Assembly: GCF_006345805.1 (NCBI RefSeq)
Contig: NC_043006.1
Location: 98,890,001 to 98,954,000 of the forward strand
Direction of reading: 5' to 3'
Length of the DNA stretch: 64,000 nt
Source: Octopus sinensis
Taxonomy: Eukaryota
This document shows positions 38,282-52,079 of this stretch, piece by piece. Numbering within the stretch: position 1 is the stretch's first letter; each line of letters starts with the position of its first letter. Position numbers and translations under genes: made by a program. Below the pieces are notes generated by a model. That model saw only the letters and a program-made list of their open reading frames with translations. It made no database searches and was not told the origin of the DNA.

Positions 38282-39086
38282 ACCTATCCATTCTTGTTGC
38301 TTCTTTCTTGCTATATATATATACATATATATATATGTATTTGTGTGTGTGTGTTTCTGTGTTCATATATATATATATATATATATATTGCATAGGTGTA
38401 CGCACATACACATTCATATATGCCTTTTAATCACTATATTTTATGAATTTTTTATTGCGTCTTCTTCGTTGTAGGTATACTGAAATACCTGATTGTAGTC
38501 TCAAGTAGTCTGAGAAAGACGGTTTTGCAATTTCTTGTTGTACAACCTACACAAACGGCTTCTTCTGTGGGGATCAAATGTAAGTGCTCACTGTGCCATA
38601 AAGTTTTATTTTTCTTAACAGATGCACAGCATACTCCATATCTGGTGTCTAAGCGATCGCTGAGTAACGTGAGATGAAAGGTTTTGCTGAAAAATAGAAC
38701 GCAGCACCCAGTCAAGAAATGAAACCACGATATCACGACCGTGATTGCAAAGCCATAGTCAATAGGATATTTGCCTTTATGACACTAAATTATTGCATAC
38801 ATTTATGTATTTATAGTAAAAATGGCATGTATATTGTTATATAAGTGTGCGTTTTTACAACGGAATGTTTTTATTTTTGTTTCGCATCCTAGTCAAATGT
38901 ATTTTTCGTGTTAATACTGTCAGACCTTCCAGCATGTATTTTATTTTGCAATGCATAAATGATAAAAAAAAAATTTAATAAAGTGACAATGACATTTTCT
39001 GTCTTTTGTCATAAATATGTTACGTAACCAACTTTTCATGTTGAGAGGAAATAAAATTACTGATCATGCATTACATAAGTAAAATG

Positions 39087-39366
39087 TGGAGGATTCGTGG
39101 TCGAGGGATCGCGGGTTCGAATCTCAGACCGGACGGTATGTGTGTTGATTAACGAAACACCTAAATCTCCACGCGGCTCCGGCTGAAGGTAATGGCGGAC
39201 TTCTGCTGACTCTTTCGCCACATCTTTCTCTCACTCTTTCTTCCTGTATTTTGAAGCTCACCTGCAACGGACCAGCGTCCCATCCAGGTGGGGAACCTAT
39301 ACACCAAGGAAACCGGGAAACCGGCCCTTATGAGGCAGGCATGGCTCGAGAAGGAACAAACAACAA
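39087..39366 (+). mobile_element. 5'-truncated tRNA SINE with V-domain-like core
   Basis: 14-bp TSD ACATAAGTAAAATG (39073-39086, 39367-39380); gcgtcccatccagg...gaaaccggga motif. Confidence 0.85.
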
Positions 39367-39830
39367 ACATAAGTAAAATGGCCATTCCTTTCGTATATGT
39401 TGGATACGCTTACGTTTTACTGATTTCGAAATTTCACATGTAAGTAAATGCCACTGCTTGGTAAAACTTAAACAATGACACTATTGATGAAATTTATAAT
39501 TCACAAAGTATTCTTTTGCCCGTATTAATTACAAGAGTGCAATGAGTTCTGCAGAGAATGTATACCGGAGTTATTTTGAGAATAACAGTTGTTTTAAGAA
39601 TCCGGCAAAATATGATCTGGATATTAACATTACTTAAGATACAGAAGGGAAGGTATCCATAGATTGTGTGCTTTAACTGATTTGGACAAATATATTTCAG
39701 CAATGAATTTCCAATATTACGATCGGATTATTCTGATATTTAGGAATTACATTGTTATCATCTATGAAATATGTGATCGGTTGAAATAATGGAAATCTAT
39801 ATTGTAGATTTTTAATTTGGAACTCATACA

Positions 39831-39991
39831 AGCAGGAGTGGTTGTGTGATAAGTAGCTTGCTAACCAGCCACATGGTTCCGGGTTCAGTCCCACTGCGTG
39901 GCATCTTGGGCAAGTGTCTTCTGCTATAGCCCCGGGCCGACCAATGCCTTGTGAGTGGATTTGGTAGACGGAAACTGAAAGAAGCCTGTCG

Positions 39992-40058
<67 letters not shown>

Positions 40059-40278
40059 CGTGTGTGTGTGTGTGTTTGTGTGTCTGTGTTTGTCCCCTAG
40101 CATTGCTTGAAAACCGATGCTGCTGTGTTTACGTCCCCGTCACTTGGCGGTTCGGCAAAAGAGACCGATAGAATAAGTACTGGGCTTACAAAGAATAAGT
40201 CCTGGGGTCGATTTGCTCGACTGAAGGCGGTGCTCCAGCATGGCCGCAGTCAAATGACTGAAACAAGTAAAAGAAAAG
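39831..40278 (+). mobile_element. Full-length SINE family C
   Basis: Head, internal microsatellite and tail all present. Confidence 0.9.
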
Positions 40279-40594
40279 TAGTATGTATCTGCGTGTATAC
40301 TGAGATTGTATCGTGTTTAGAAAGATATTAAAGACATTTTTGCATGTTCTGATTACTTTCAAAATAAGTTTGCTTCGAATTCTGGTAAAGAAAGTAGTTC
40401 CTCCAAAAAATATACTCAGTTCTAAACACAAACTTACCTTCGATGCTAATGGCATTCTGGTTGTAATATCAAAGACAGGTAAAAATATTGGTCGTTAACA
40501 TTTCCCGTTCTCGTGTCGGAGACCAAATCTGAATGGAAAATAATACGGAAAGATTCTACTTCATATATAAAATATCTCTCGCTTTGCATGCATA

Positions 40595-40988
40595 TCTTTA
40601 TATATAAAAGTGAAGTCGTGTGTCTGTCTCCTACGATTTAGATTCCTAACTACTCCCACAGTTTGCGGTGCAGTTTAACCAAAACCGGGTATCTTATAGT
40701 CGTGATTCATATTGAGCCTTTCTGGGTATTAGCGCGCGTCTACGATGAGTCTACGATTTAAAAAATAATTTACCATCATTTATTTCCATTTTAATGCATT
40801 GTTTTCGCTATTATATAAGGGAAGTAACTCTCTAAAAATGTATACGATGAGTCAACGATTTAAAAAAAAATACCATCATTTTTTCCATTTCTAATGCATT
40901 TTTTTGCTATTTTTGGCTATAACTCTCTAAAAATGCTTATATAGTTATTTCCCTTACAAACCCGAGCAACGCCGGGCGATACTGCTAG
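40595..40988 (+). mobile_element. Non-autonomous Helitron, copy 2
   Basis: A|TC...hairpin CCCGAGCAACGCCGGG...CTAG|T. Confidence 0.88.
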
Positions 40989-41507
40989 TATATATATATT
41001 ATGTTTATTTTCTACTCCATACCCAAGCTGTAATATTTAATATATTTAATTTGCTCATCTGTATCATTGCCGCCATGTCTGCTGAACTCCATCTCTCTTA
41101 TAGTCATTCTTTACCCTGCGAAATTGACATCCTCTAAACACATCAAAGTCTAAGTTTGAGTCATTTCAGCACCACTGAGTGACATCTATACTGAATATCT
41201 CTAGATCATATCAGTGGACTATATATACATATGTGCGTGAGTCCGTATGTGTGTGTATGTGTGTGTGTATGGTAAATCACATTCGATCGCGAAGGGGATT
41301 CAGGTCTTTAACATGTAAACGGAGAATCAGTGGACAGACATATGGACACTTAACGTAATTCTCAGAGTAAATTCTTGACACGTCTCTACGACTTAAATTT
41401 CCGGTAAAATCCACCCGAACCGATTTACTTTTATAAGTATACACTTCTGTGTGTAAATCATATATATGTATCATATATATATATATATATGTATATCATA
41501 CATATGT

Positions 41508-41577
<70 letters not shown>

Positions 41578-41585
41578 GTATGTAT

Positions 41586-41900
41586 GGGGTCGCAATGGGT
41601 CAGTGGTTAGGGCAGCGGACTTCGGTCGGAGGATCGTGGTTTCGATTGAGACCGGGCAATGTGTGTGTTTATTGAGCGAGAGCACCTAAAGCTCCACGAG
41701 GTTCCGGTGGTGGCGACCCCTGTTGTGCTCTTTCGGCCCAACTTTCTCTCACTCTCTTCCTCTCTCTGGAGTAACGCTGTGATGGACTGGCGTCCCATCC
41801 AGCTGCGTGGTGGGAACACATACGCCACAGAAACCCGGAAACCGGGCCCAGGAGCCTGGCGTGGCTTGTAAAGGGCGCATAAATAAATAAGTAAATAAAT
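41586..41900 (+). mobile_element. tRNA SINE with V-domain-like core and (AAAT)n tail
   Basis: Family B-like head; gatggactggcgtcccatccag...cagaaacccggaaacc. Confidence 0.85.
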
Positions 41901-41905
41901 ATATA

Positions 41906-41955
<50 letters not shown>

Positions 41956-42147
41956 TATATTATATATATATATACACATATATGTATATATGATGGATTG
42001 TGCCGCCGATGAGTTCTGTTACGGTTAGCAACCAGCATAAATGATTCGCTTATATTGATCACATATATGTGCTGCACATTTACTCATGTTCTCCAACAAA
42101 TGGAAACCGTCTGCACAGTTGCAGAAATCTTCCACATGACGAGCCAA

Positions 42148-43068
42148 CCACGACGTAACTTCAGAAATCAAGGCTGCATCATCTGGGAAACGCTTTCCTT
42201 TCAAAAGCAACTTCATGGCTGGGAAGAGGTGAAAATCAGAGGGTGCAAGGTCAGGATGGGGGATGAGTTCATAGCCGCACGCCTGTGCTTCTGATCTGAC
42301 GACACGCGAGTTGTGAACCGGAGCGTTGTCCTGCAGGAGGAGGATGCCTTTGCTGATCTTTCCCCGCCTCTTGATTTTGATAGCTTCTCTTAATTTCCTC
42401 AAAAGTGAAGCATAATAGGCTCCTGTAATTGTGGCACCCTTTGCCAGGAAATCTGTCCTGGTCCCAGAAGACTGTGAGCAGGACCTTGCCAGCAGAGGGC
42501 TGCACCATTGCCTTCTTTGGAGGAGGTGAGTCACGGTGTGTCCACTGCATTGACTGGGCTTTGATCTCTGGATCATAGTGATGGACCCAAGTTTCATCCT
42601 GTGTAATCAGTCTTTTGAAAAATTTTGACTCATCTTCTTGGCACATCTCCAAATTCATCCTCGAGCAATCGACACCTTCTTGCTTCTGGAAAGATGTGAG
42701 CAACCTGGGAATCCATCTGGCAGACACTTTTCGCATATGCAAATGGTCATGAATGATAGTTTCCACAGACCCGGTACTAATCTTGACCTCATGGGCTATT
42801 TGGCGAATAGTTATGCGTCGATCTTCCAAAATGGCAGCCTCAACATGACGGACAGATGCCTCATCAATGGCAGAAGGGGGCGACCAGATCTGAGAGCTGT
42901 TTCCACAGAGTTCCGACCATGTTTGAATTCACGATGCCAGCGTTTTGCAAGGTCATATGATGGCGAATCATCACCATAAGTTACTTTCATTTCATCAAAA
43001 GTTTCCCGTAGTGTGCGTTCTTTCAAATACAAAAACCGGATCACTGCTCGACACTCAACAGGCTCCAT
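42148..43068 (-). pseudogene. Mariner transposase, frameshifted into three track ORFs
   Basis: N-terminal HTH, ARWIPR, ITQDETW, LQDNA, HPDLAPSDF (YSP deleted). Confidence 0.9.
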
Positions 43069-43235
43069 TTCACACTTGACTCAGTTCAAACACCTGTAAA
43101 TCAGAAACCACAATTAGTTCAGAGCTGTAATTTGCCACTTAATTTATAAAGATATAAATAATTGTATATGCAAAATTTCAGCTAGATCAAATAACTGCAA
43201 GTGGGTCAGGAGCATTACTTATTGCACGCCCCTCG
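42148..43235 (-). mobile_element. Mariner transposon, 3' end missing
   Basis: 5' TIR CGAGGGGCGTGCAATAAGTAATG next to TA; no matching TIR at the other end. Confidence 0.88.
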
Positions 43236-43524
43236 TATATATATATATATATACCTATACATACGCAGAAGCATACACATACAGGCTCACACACATATAT
43301 TTTGTCATATCATGTTACGTCGTATACACTGTTGACATATATTATTTTATATTATATTATATTATAATATTCGGAGGCTTTAGTTTTGGAAATTAAACTT
43401 ATTGTATTTACTCTATTATGCATGTTTTCGTTAACGACACTTCATGGTTCGTATCCTGTTGGTATTATTGCAAATTCCCCACCCCAGCCAATGAAATTTT
43501 GAAGACCATTCATTATAAACTATC

Positions 43525-43587
43525 ACAAACATGCACACATAAATACATAAATACACACATACATACATACACACACACATACATACA

Positions 43588-43654
<67 letters not shown>

Positions 43655-43968
43655 GCTTGCATATATACATACATACATACATGCATGCATACATACATAC
43701 ATACTTACATACATACCTATATACATACACACATGAATACATACATACATACAGGCATACATACATACATGCATACATGCATGCATGCATGCATACATAC
43801 ATACATACATGCATACATACGTACATACTTACATACATACATATATACATAGTTACATACATACATACATACATGCATACATACATATATGCATACATAC
43901 ATACATACAGACAGACATACATACATACATACAGACAGACATACATACATACAGACAGACATACAACA
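43525..43968. repeat. Long degenerate (CATA)n microsatellite
   Basis: Direct reading. Confidence 0.95.
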
Positions 43969-44353
43969 TAGTTGCATACATATTCCTATTCAAATACTTA
44001 TCTGATGAAGTCATAAATGTTTGACTGGTTAGTTGAATGAAGTTTCCAATCTGATATGCATAAAAGGGAAAAGATGGTTAAAACTCACAGAATTGATATG
44101 CCCATATTTGGTTTCGTGGCAGACAAATAGTAAAGAACCGTATACCAGCAGTGAGAGAAAAAGTACCATAGTAGTAGAGGAGAATAAAGACAAGAAGACG
44201 AAGAGGTGAAGGAGCAAGAGGTGAAGGAGGGTGAGCAAGAGGAGCACGAACAAGACGAGGAGAAAAACACGAACAGGAGAATTTCCTAATGAAAAATAGC
44301 TATAAAGATACGAATAACGTGCACCGGGTGAACCAGATAGTCAAGCTCAAAAT

Positions 44354-44744
44354 GTGTGGAGGCGCAATGGCCCAGTGGTTAGGGCAGCGGACTCGCGGTC
44401 ATAGTATCGCGGTTTCGATTCCCAGACTGGGCGTTGTGAGTGTTTATTGAGCGAAAACACCTAAAAAGCTCCACGAGACTCCGGCAGGGGATGGTGGTGA
44501 TCCCTGCCGTACTTTTTCACCACAACTTTCTCTCACTCTTACTTCCTGTTTCTGTTGTACCTGTATTTCAAGGGGCCGGCCTTGTCACTCTCTGTGTCAC
44601 GCTGAATATCCCCGAGAACTACGTTAAGGGTACACGTGTCTGTGGAGTGCTCAGCCACTTACACGTCAATTTCACGAGCATGCTGTTCCGTTGATTCGGA
44701 TCAACCGGAAACCTCGTCGTCGTAACCGACGGAGTGCTTCCATC
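44354..44744 (+). mobile_element. Full-length SINE family B
   Basis: 12-bp TSD CAAGC(T/A)CAAAAT. Confidence 0.92.
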
Positions 44745-46444
44745 CAAGCACAAAATATTTTGAAGCAATATGAAATATACAACACATTTTGTGGGAAACC
44801 ATACTGAGAGGGGATAAAGGGAGAAAGTACGAATGTGAGAGGTACATAAGATTCGGTAATAAGTCGAAGGGGAGGTGAAAGGGTGGGAGTAGGGAGCATG
44901 ATATAGAGGAAGACAAAGGAAAAACTATGTACAGCGACAGAAAAGGCAGCGGAAGTTGTCAATTATAAACGTCTTATGTAAGTATATATTAAAGCATATG
45001 TTTCAAGAATTATTTGACAAACAATGAAATCAGTATTGTAAAGATGTCAATCATAGGTATCAGAACATAAAAGTGCTTTTGTATTCATCTCAATAGTACT
45101 GTATTATATAGGCAAATAAACAAAAACAACGTTCGTATAAAAAAGAAACAGATATATATCCGTATTAGTTAAATTGAGAATGAATAGAATAAATAGAAGA
45201 CTTACAAAGACACTGAGAAATATATTTATGTATTTGCGAGTGCGATGTGTATGTATACATAACTATAGACGCACCCCAAATATATAAACATATTCACGCA
45301 TACACAAGTTCACATACATATAGAAGCACATATACATACAGTCATATATACGTTCGTACATATGTCTGTAGATAAATATATACATTCATGAATATATACG
45401 TCTGTAGATAAATACTCACACTCTTATATATGACTTATATATATAAGCCATATTTCCTATTGATATCGAACTGGCAAATGGATATCAATAAAGGTACTTA
45501 TCATATGGCTCGTAAAATTCCAGGATAGGATACATAGATACATACATATATAAAATTTAAATCGCATTCCTATTAATAAAACTTATGCTATGGTGTGGTA
45601 GTCGATTGCATGGGGTTTGATCTATTGGCATTTAGTTACCACACTTATTTTCAAGAATTACAAATAGCATTGCATATAATGAAGTAATGTAAATTTTATA
45701 TATATTTTAAAAATATTTTAACATGATTTTCAAGATTTTTCTATTACACTCAACACCGTTCACTATTTCTAATTGCTATTGGATGCAATTTCGGAATAAT
45801 AGCTTAAAAGTAATGCCCATGAATTGAAGATGAATGTGCTGGAAGAATGTTGATAAAACTCATTCATATACAAATACACTTTGAAAAGAATTCAGATGTT
45901 TTATTTAAAAATACATTATCGAACCATCATATATATTAGCTAAATATATATATGACACGTTGACAGAGAATATAATACAGATTTATAGCGCAACTATTTT
46001 TTTACTTCCTTGTTATTTCGCATTTATCTATTTTTACGCTAAATTTATACTAAGAGTAAATGTATGTATGCTAGTAAGAACCAGCCAAATTTGATCTCTT
46101 TTTATATTTGATTCTGTCAACGAAATCACATTGAAAGGCCACACAGACTGCAAGAAAGTTCTCTCCTCTTTCCAATGCCACACAGCTTTCAATCATAATC
46201 TACATATACCAACATTTCATGAAGCACCTGGATTAACTGGATATCAAATTTTCTTATGCATGAAATAATTTGAATTTTTTGTAGTATCGATCTCAGAAGA
46301 TTTAGTTGAAAATTCAACTTCATTTCGCATAAGGTTTTGTTTGCACGGTGCTCACATTCGTTTTCCATGGCACTATATCTTAAATGTTACCATATTTATA
46401 GTCCAATCAAATATACACTAGCTAAAAGAGTGTTGGGATTTTTA

Positions 46445-47149
46445 TCTTTTGACCTACAGATTTTAAAAAAATATTTTAGTAACTAAACACTTTCAAACTT
46501 CGGACACTGATAGAATGTATCATATGAAACATCCTTTACTCTTAGCATTTTTGAGAAAATTCTTATGTTTACGAAGTTATTTCACGTAAAAGTTGTCCTA
46601 TTTCGGCAATTTCAACTAATCAATAACGTGTATTCAGCTGAATAAAATTTTTGCTGTTGTTTGTCAACAAGAACTTCCAGCGGTGTATATTTTGTTTGTC
46701 AGTGTTATTTCTGACAACCCTAATCCTAAAACCCTAACCCTAAAACACTAACCGTAACACCCTAACCCTAAAATCCTAACCTTAACCCTAAAACACTAAC
46801 CCTAACCAAAAACCTTCACCCTAATCCTAAAGCCCTAACTCTAAAACCTTAAAACCAGTACAAACGCACGAACGATGTCATAAATAACAGAGACAGACGA
46901 AAAATACACAACCGACATTTGTTGTTGACAGACAATGGCAGTAATTTTATTCAGCTGAATACACGTCATTGATTTTCGGTTGAAATTACCGAAATACGAG
47001 AACTTTAACATGAAATAACCTCGTAAATATAAGCTTTTCTCAAAAATATTAAGAGTAAAAGATGTTTTATATGACACATTCTACCAGTGTCCGAAGTTTA
47101 AAAGTGTTTAGTTACAAAAAATTATTTTTTAAGTCTGTAGGTCAAAAGG
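46445..47149. mobile_element. MITE with ~270-bp imperfect TIRs and a telomere-like core
   Basis: Ends (C/T)CTTTTGACCTACAG...CTGTAGGTCAAAAGG, TA on both sides. Confidence 0.85.
46717..46855. repeat. Degenerate (CCCTAA)n telomere-like array
   Basis: ccctaa/cctaac/aaccctaa variants. Confidence 0.85.
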
Positions 47150-47994
47150 TAAATATGCGAGTGTTGTCCAACATGTTATGCTTAAAAACTAGATTGTAAT
47201 TTTTCAAGGTCATCAAGAAGTGTGCATCATGCTCCTGCGGTTGTGGAAACATTTGAGGTCGATGGTGTTTTCTTCCAAATTGGAGGAAATGAAAACTAGC
47301 TTAGTGGTATTAAATATATCAAATAATAAGAATTTGCAATCAGAATGAGGGATTTGAATTTCGAAAGGATTTGCAAGAATACTTGAGAGTTATTTTTTTT
47401 TTATGCGACAATATGCGTAAACAAAAATTTATTTCGCTAGATTTTGAAAAGTCTTCTTCATGAGACGTGACTTAAAAACGCGTTGCAGTTTTTTATCTCT
47501 CACCTGATTATACGATTCCACGTATATAGTAATCTAAGAATTGTCAAATAAATATTTCTTAAAATATATATTTGAAAATATTAATATCACCTACACTGAA
47601 AAACGGGATAAAAAGGAATAACAATACAGGATCCAATTAATTCTTGGCTTTCCCATAAGAAAAGTAAATGTCAAGTGATCCGTAAATTGGAGATTAAAAA
47701 TGAAAACTTTCAACTTCAGCTGAAATATATCTATTAATTGTTTTCTGTTTGATATGCATTTTTTCTTTCCATGACGCATAATAAACGTTTTCAATCATTC
47801 CATAAATATTGATCGAATCTTAAACGAAAGCATTCAAAATTCTATAGCCCGTGAGTAGATATTCATATGCATGTGGAAAATGTATAAATATATTTCTTAC
47901 AGGACATATGAGAATTATATGCGACATTTTCGTGGAAACACACACACGTGCACACAAATACACTACCTCATACATACAGTGTCTCACTCTCTCT

Positions 47995-48047
<53 letters not shown>

Positions 48048-48190
48048 CATTGGTATAAGAAATCAAAGCTATTCACTAATACATAATTGAATACATATGC
48101 ACAAACGCACTTCACGCATACAACTGAATCTACCATTATGTTTGTCTATATTCCTCTCACCATTATAATCTTTATGAATATATAAAATGT

Positions 48191-48245
<55 letters not shown>

Positions 48246-48386
48246 TATTTTTTTTATGTGTGTGTATGTGCGTTATACGTCAAGCCTTGGATTTCTGTTA
48301 TAGCCACTCTTGAATACGTAGACTTATTACTCGATGAAGAATTCAGAGTTTAAGTTCAAATAAAGTTCAAATTCACTTCAGTACTT

Positions 48387-48490
48387 GAGCTGGCTGGATC
48401 GTTAGCGTGTCTGGCAAAATGTTTAGTGGCATATCTTCTAGCACATTCTGAGTTCAAACTCCGCTGACGTTGGATTTGCTCTTATCACTG
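48387..48490 (+). mobile_element. SINE family A head fragment
   Basis: gagctggc...cgttagc...ttctgagttcaaactccg. Confidence 0.6.
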
Positions 48491-48730
48491 TATGCAGTAT
48501 GTAAAACTCTCACACAGTACGTTTTCGAAGAACATTCAATGTAGGTTGTGTTTTTCAAAAAGTAGATGTAAATTTCTATCAACCTACAATCCCAGTATGT
48601 TTGGATTCGTTATTACAATAACATAGAAGTCATCTCCTGGAAAATAGTTTGTTTAAATATTGGAGTCATAAGTTTTTGATATATCACAAGCATTGTTACA
48701 ATATACGTATTTATGTGTGCGTATGTATGA

Positions 48731-48775
<45 letters not shown>

Positions 48776-48804
48776 GTGTGTGTGTGTGTGTTTATGTGTG
48801 TGTA

Positions 48805-48850
<46 letters not shown>

Positions 48851-48926
48851 ATGTACATATATATTTATATAGATATATATATATATACATATACATATAT
48901 ATATACATATACTTATACATATATAT

Positions 48927-49044
<118 letters not shown>

Positions 49045-50917
49045 ATATATATAATCGATTAATAAGTATGAAAATTAATACGACTCATGCAATTGTTTAA
49101 TATATAGGCTTCTACCTTAACGTCTTTGAAAATATTCAGTAAAATGAGTGAAGAAAGGCAGAGTTCTATGTCCAATGTAAAAGTGGTTTAAATTTGACTT
49201 TCAGTTGTAGCGAGCGCTTTCGCCGCCATCATAACAGTTGTAAAAAAGATCAACCGTTCATAACGACGTAGCTATTCACAATTAAATGCATGCGCTTTAA
49301 TATGGGGTATCGCAGTTTCGATTTTGTTTCATGCATCAAATATTTCATCTAACGGCTGATATAATCCAAGTTTCTGCTAACACAGAACTTTCCGAATACT
49401 GATGTTTCTGCATCAGCGTATAAATCTTTATTAATGCAGACACAAGTCAAGCGAGTATAAAGCCAATATAGAAATAGAGCCACATTTTCATTCATGTTAT
49501 TTCAGAATGAATATTACTATGGAATTTTCGTCGATAAAAAGGAAAAAAAAGTCCAAATTCCTTTAGCAATATCCCCTTCATAGGGATCATTGGTATATTT
49601 TTACGTAGAATTAGGGGAAAGTCAATTTTTTTGCAGTACATAAAAGCATAAATTCATAAAGAAACCTATATATTAAAGTCCAGAGTGTATTCTGTTCATA
49701 TTTTTTATGAAAGTCGAAAGGGAGCAATTTGCGTTGTATATGTAAGAAATCACTTTGAACTATAAAGAAAATACAAGACACAAAGAATATATAATGAATA
49801 TTCAGAAATAAATACTAGCTCTATTGAAATGTTGTACATAAAATGGAGGCTATATTAGGCAAATATAGAGAGGAATATTAACCAATAATTAACTGAGAAT
49901 ATCTAAGGATGTATAGTAACTTTAACAGAAAATAAGTTTAGGTACTTGAAAGGGTGAGAAACTATCAATGCAACATATTACTTACCGATAAACGCTAACT
50001 GCGAAGAGAAGTAGATCTCCAGCTAAAATTTCCTTCAACGATATCATATAATTGTCATTACATCCCATCCTATAAATCAATTACATCCAAGACACGTCTG
50101 ATTCCACGTGCCCTTTCATTTCTCCAACCGCATGAATGATATCTATCATTAAGATATTATTTATATTTTCAGTCTAAGCTAACCTACTGCGTTCGTATGA
50201 ATTTTCTATGGTTCATGCTTTTTGAAAAGAATTCGATTTCTATGGGTCAATACAGTTTTCATAACTTTTTATCTCTATGCTATCAAAGTGAACTGAAGGT
50301 TGAGAATCATAATTTATTAAGTTTAATATAAACAGAAATAGAGGAAAATTGCATCGTCCCTAGATGTGAAATATAAAATGAAATTACGAAATTATTGCAT
50401 ATGGTAAAGAAAATTTAAAAAGCAAACACCACATAAGTTTCTTGATAATAAATAAAATTAAAAATAAAATAAGAAATGAACATTTAAACTATTTAATAGA
50501 CTGGAAACTCGAGCACAACTAAGGCTTATTCCAGAAAATTTGTTATGAGTTTCAGCTTTCTATACTTTGATGGAATTGATAGCACGGGGAACGGCAAATT
50601 CTAGTGGCATATAAATGTTATAAACAACGTATCAACACTCTAAATTCTCCATGTAAAACTGATTGTGATTACTAAACCGGAACACGGTCGTCATTAATAT
50701 ATCCTGTATTTACTCACCCTCCGAGCAAGACCAATTTAGACTACACTATGTCAAAAAATAACAAGGGATACGAGTTGCAATAAAACCATAACTTGACTGG
50801 GTGCGTGTATGTATACATAAAATATCTATCTGTCAATCTATATTATCTATCTATATTATATATATATGTACATGAGTATTTATATATGTATATGAGTATA
50901 CTCTTTACTCTTTTACT

Positions 50918-51116
50918 CTTTTACATGATTCAGTCATTTGACTGCGGCCATGCTGGAGCACCGCCTTTAGTCGAGCAAATCGACCCCGGGACTTATTCTT
51001 TGTAAGCCCAGTACTTATTCTATCGGTCTCTTGTGCCGAACCGCTAAGTGACGGGGACGTAAACACACCAACATCGGTTGTCAAGCAATGCTAGGGGGAC
51101 AAACACAGACACACAA

Positions 51117-51163
<47 letters not shown>

Positions 51164-51373
51164 TGCGACAGGCTTCTTTCAGTTTCCATCTACCAAATCC
51201 ACTCACAAGGCTTGGTCGGCCCGGGGCTATAGCAGAAGACACTTGCCCAAGATGTCACGCAGTGGGACTGAACCCGGAACCATGTGGTTGGTTATTAGCA
51301 AGCTACTTACCACACAGCCACTCCTGCGCCTATGACAGCCACTCCTGCGCCTATGACAGCCACTCCTGCGCCT
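50918..51373 (-). mobile_element. Full-length SINE family C with triplicated 21-bp 5' end
   Basis: acagccactcctgcgcctatg x3 at 51315-51373. Confidence 0.9.
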
Positions 51374-51472
51374 AGGTATATATATATATATAATATATAT
51401 ATATATGCATGTAAGTATGTATTTTTCAGGTTGAAATTATGAGGATGTGGCTTTACGTCAAAATAATTACAT

Positions 51473-51527
<55 letters not shown>

Positions 51528-51731
51528 TTTTTCGTTTGAAAAATACTTATTTACGCAACTACTTCGATGTATTCTGGTTGAATCCGAGACGATAGACGTT
51601 ATATAACTTGGTTTAAGAAGAGACAGCATTTAGATAATTCTTCTATAGTTATTATTTTCATCAACGTAATAAATACATACAGCACAATAATTACAGCAAT
51701 AGAAGGAGCATATCAGTATATATTTAGAATA

Positions 51732-51945
51732 GGGCGGCGAGCTGCCACAATCGTTAGCACACCAGACGAAATGCTTAGCAGTATTTCATCATTTCTTCTG
51801 TCTTTACTTTCTGCGTTCAAATTCCGTCGAGATCGACTTTGCCTTTCACATTTCGCGGTCGATACATTAAGTACCAGTTGCGTACTGGATCTCTTCTAAT
51901 TGGCTGGCTCCTCCCCAAAAATTCCTTGCCATGTGCCTAGAGTAT
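51732..51945 (+). mobile_element. SINE family A
   Basis: Head, core and short tail present. Confidence 0.8.
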
Positions 51946-52079
51946 CCCTCGAAGTGGTTGTTTCTGTCTTGAGGGATTAGAATGACTTGCTTCTGGTCGT
52001 TTTCCATTCAACTCCAATAATGACAGTATTTAGTGTATCCAAAACATCCGTTCTTGCGTTTACTCTGAGAATAAGTTTA

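Larger units (their letters stand above)
36305..38312. mobile_element. ~2-kb non-coding element with 210-bp inverted repeats each carrying a hammerhead, bounded by (TA)n
   Basis: 36423-36632 versus 38103-38312: 3 mismatches; interior has no recognisable ORF and contains a ~159-bp tandem duplication (37754-38047). Confidence 0.8.

Noticed and set aside
44002-44025. CTGATGA A GTCA-loop-TGAC
   Set aside because: Not followed by GAAA or stem III
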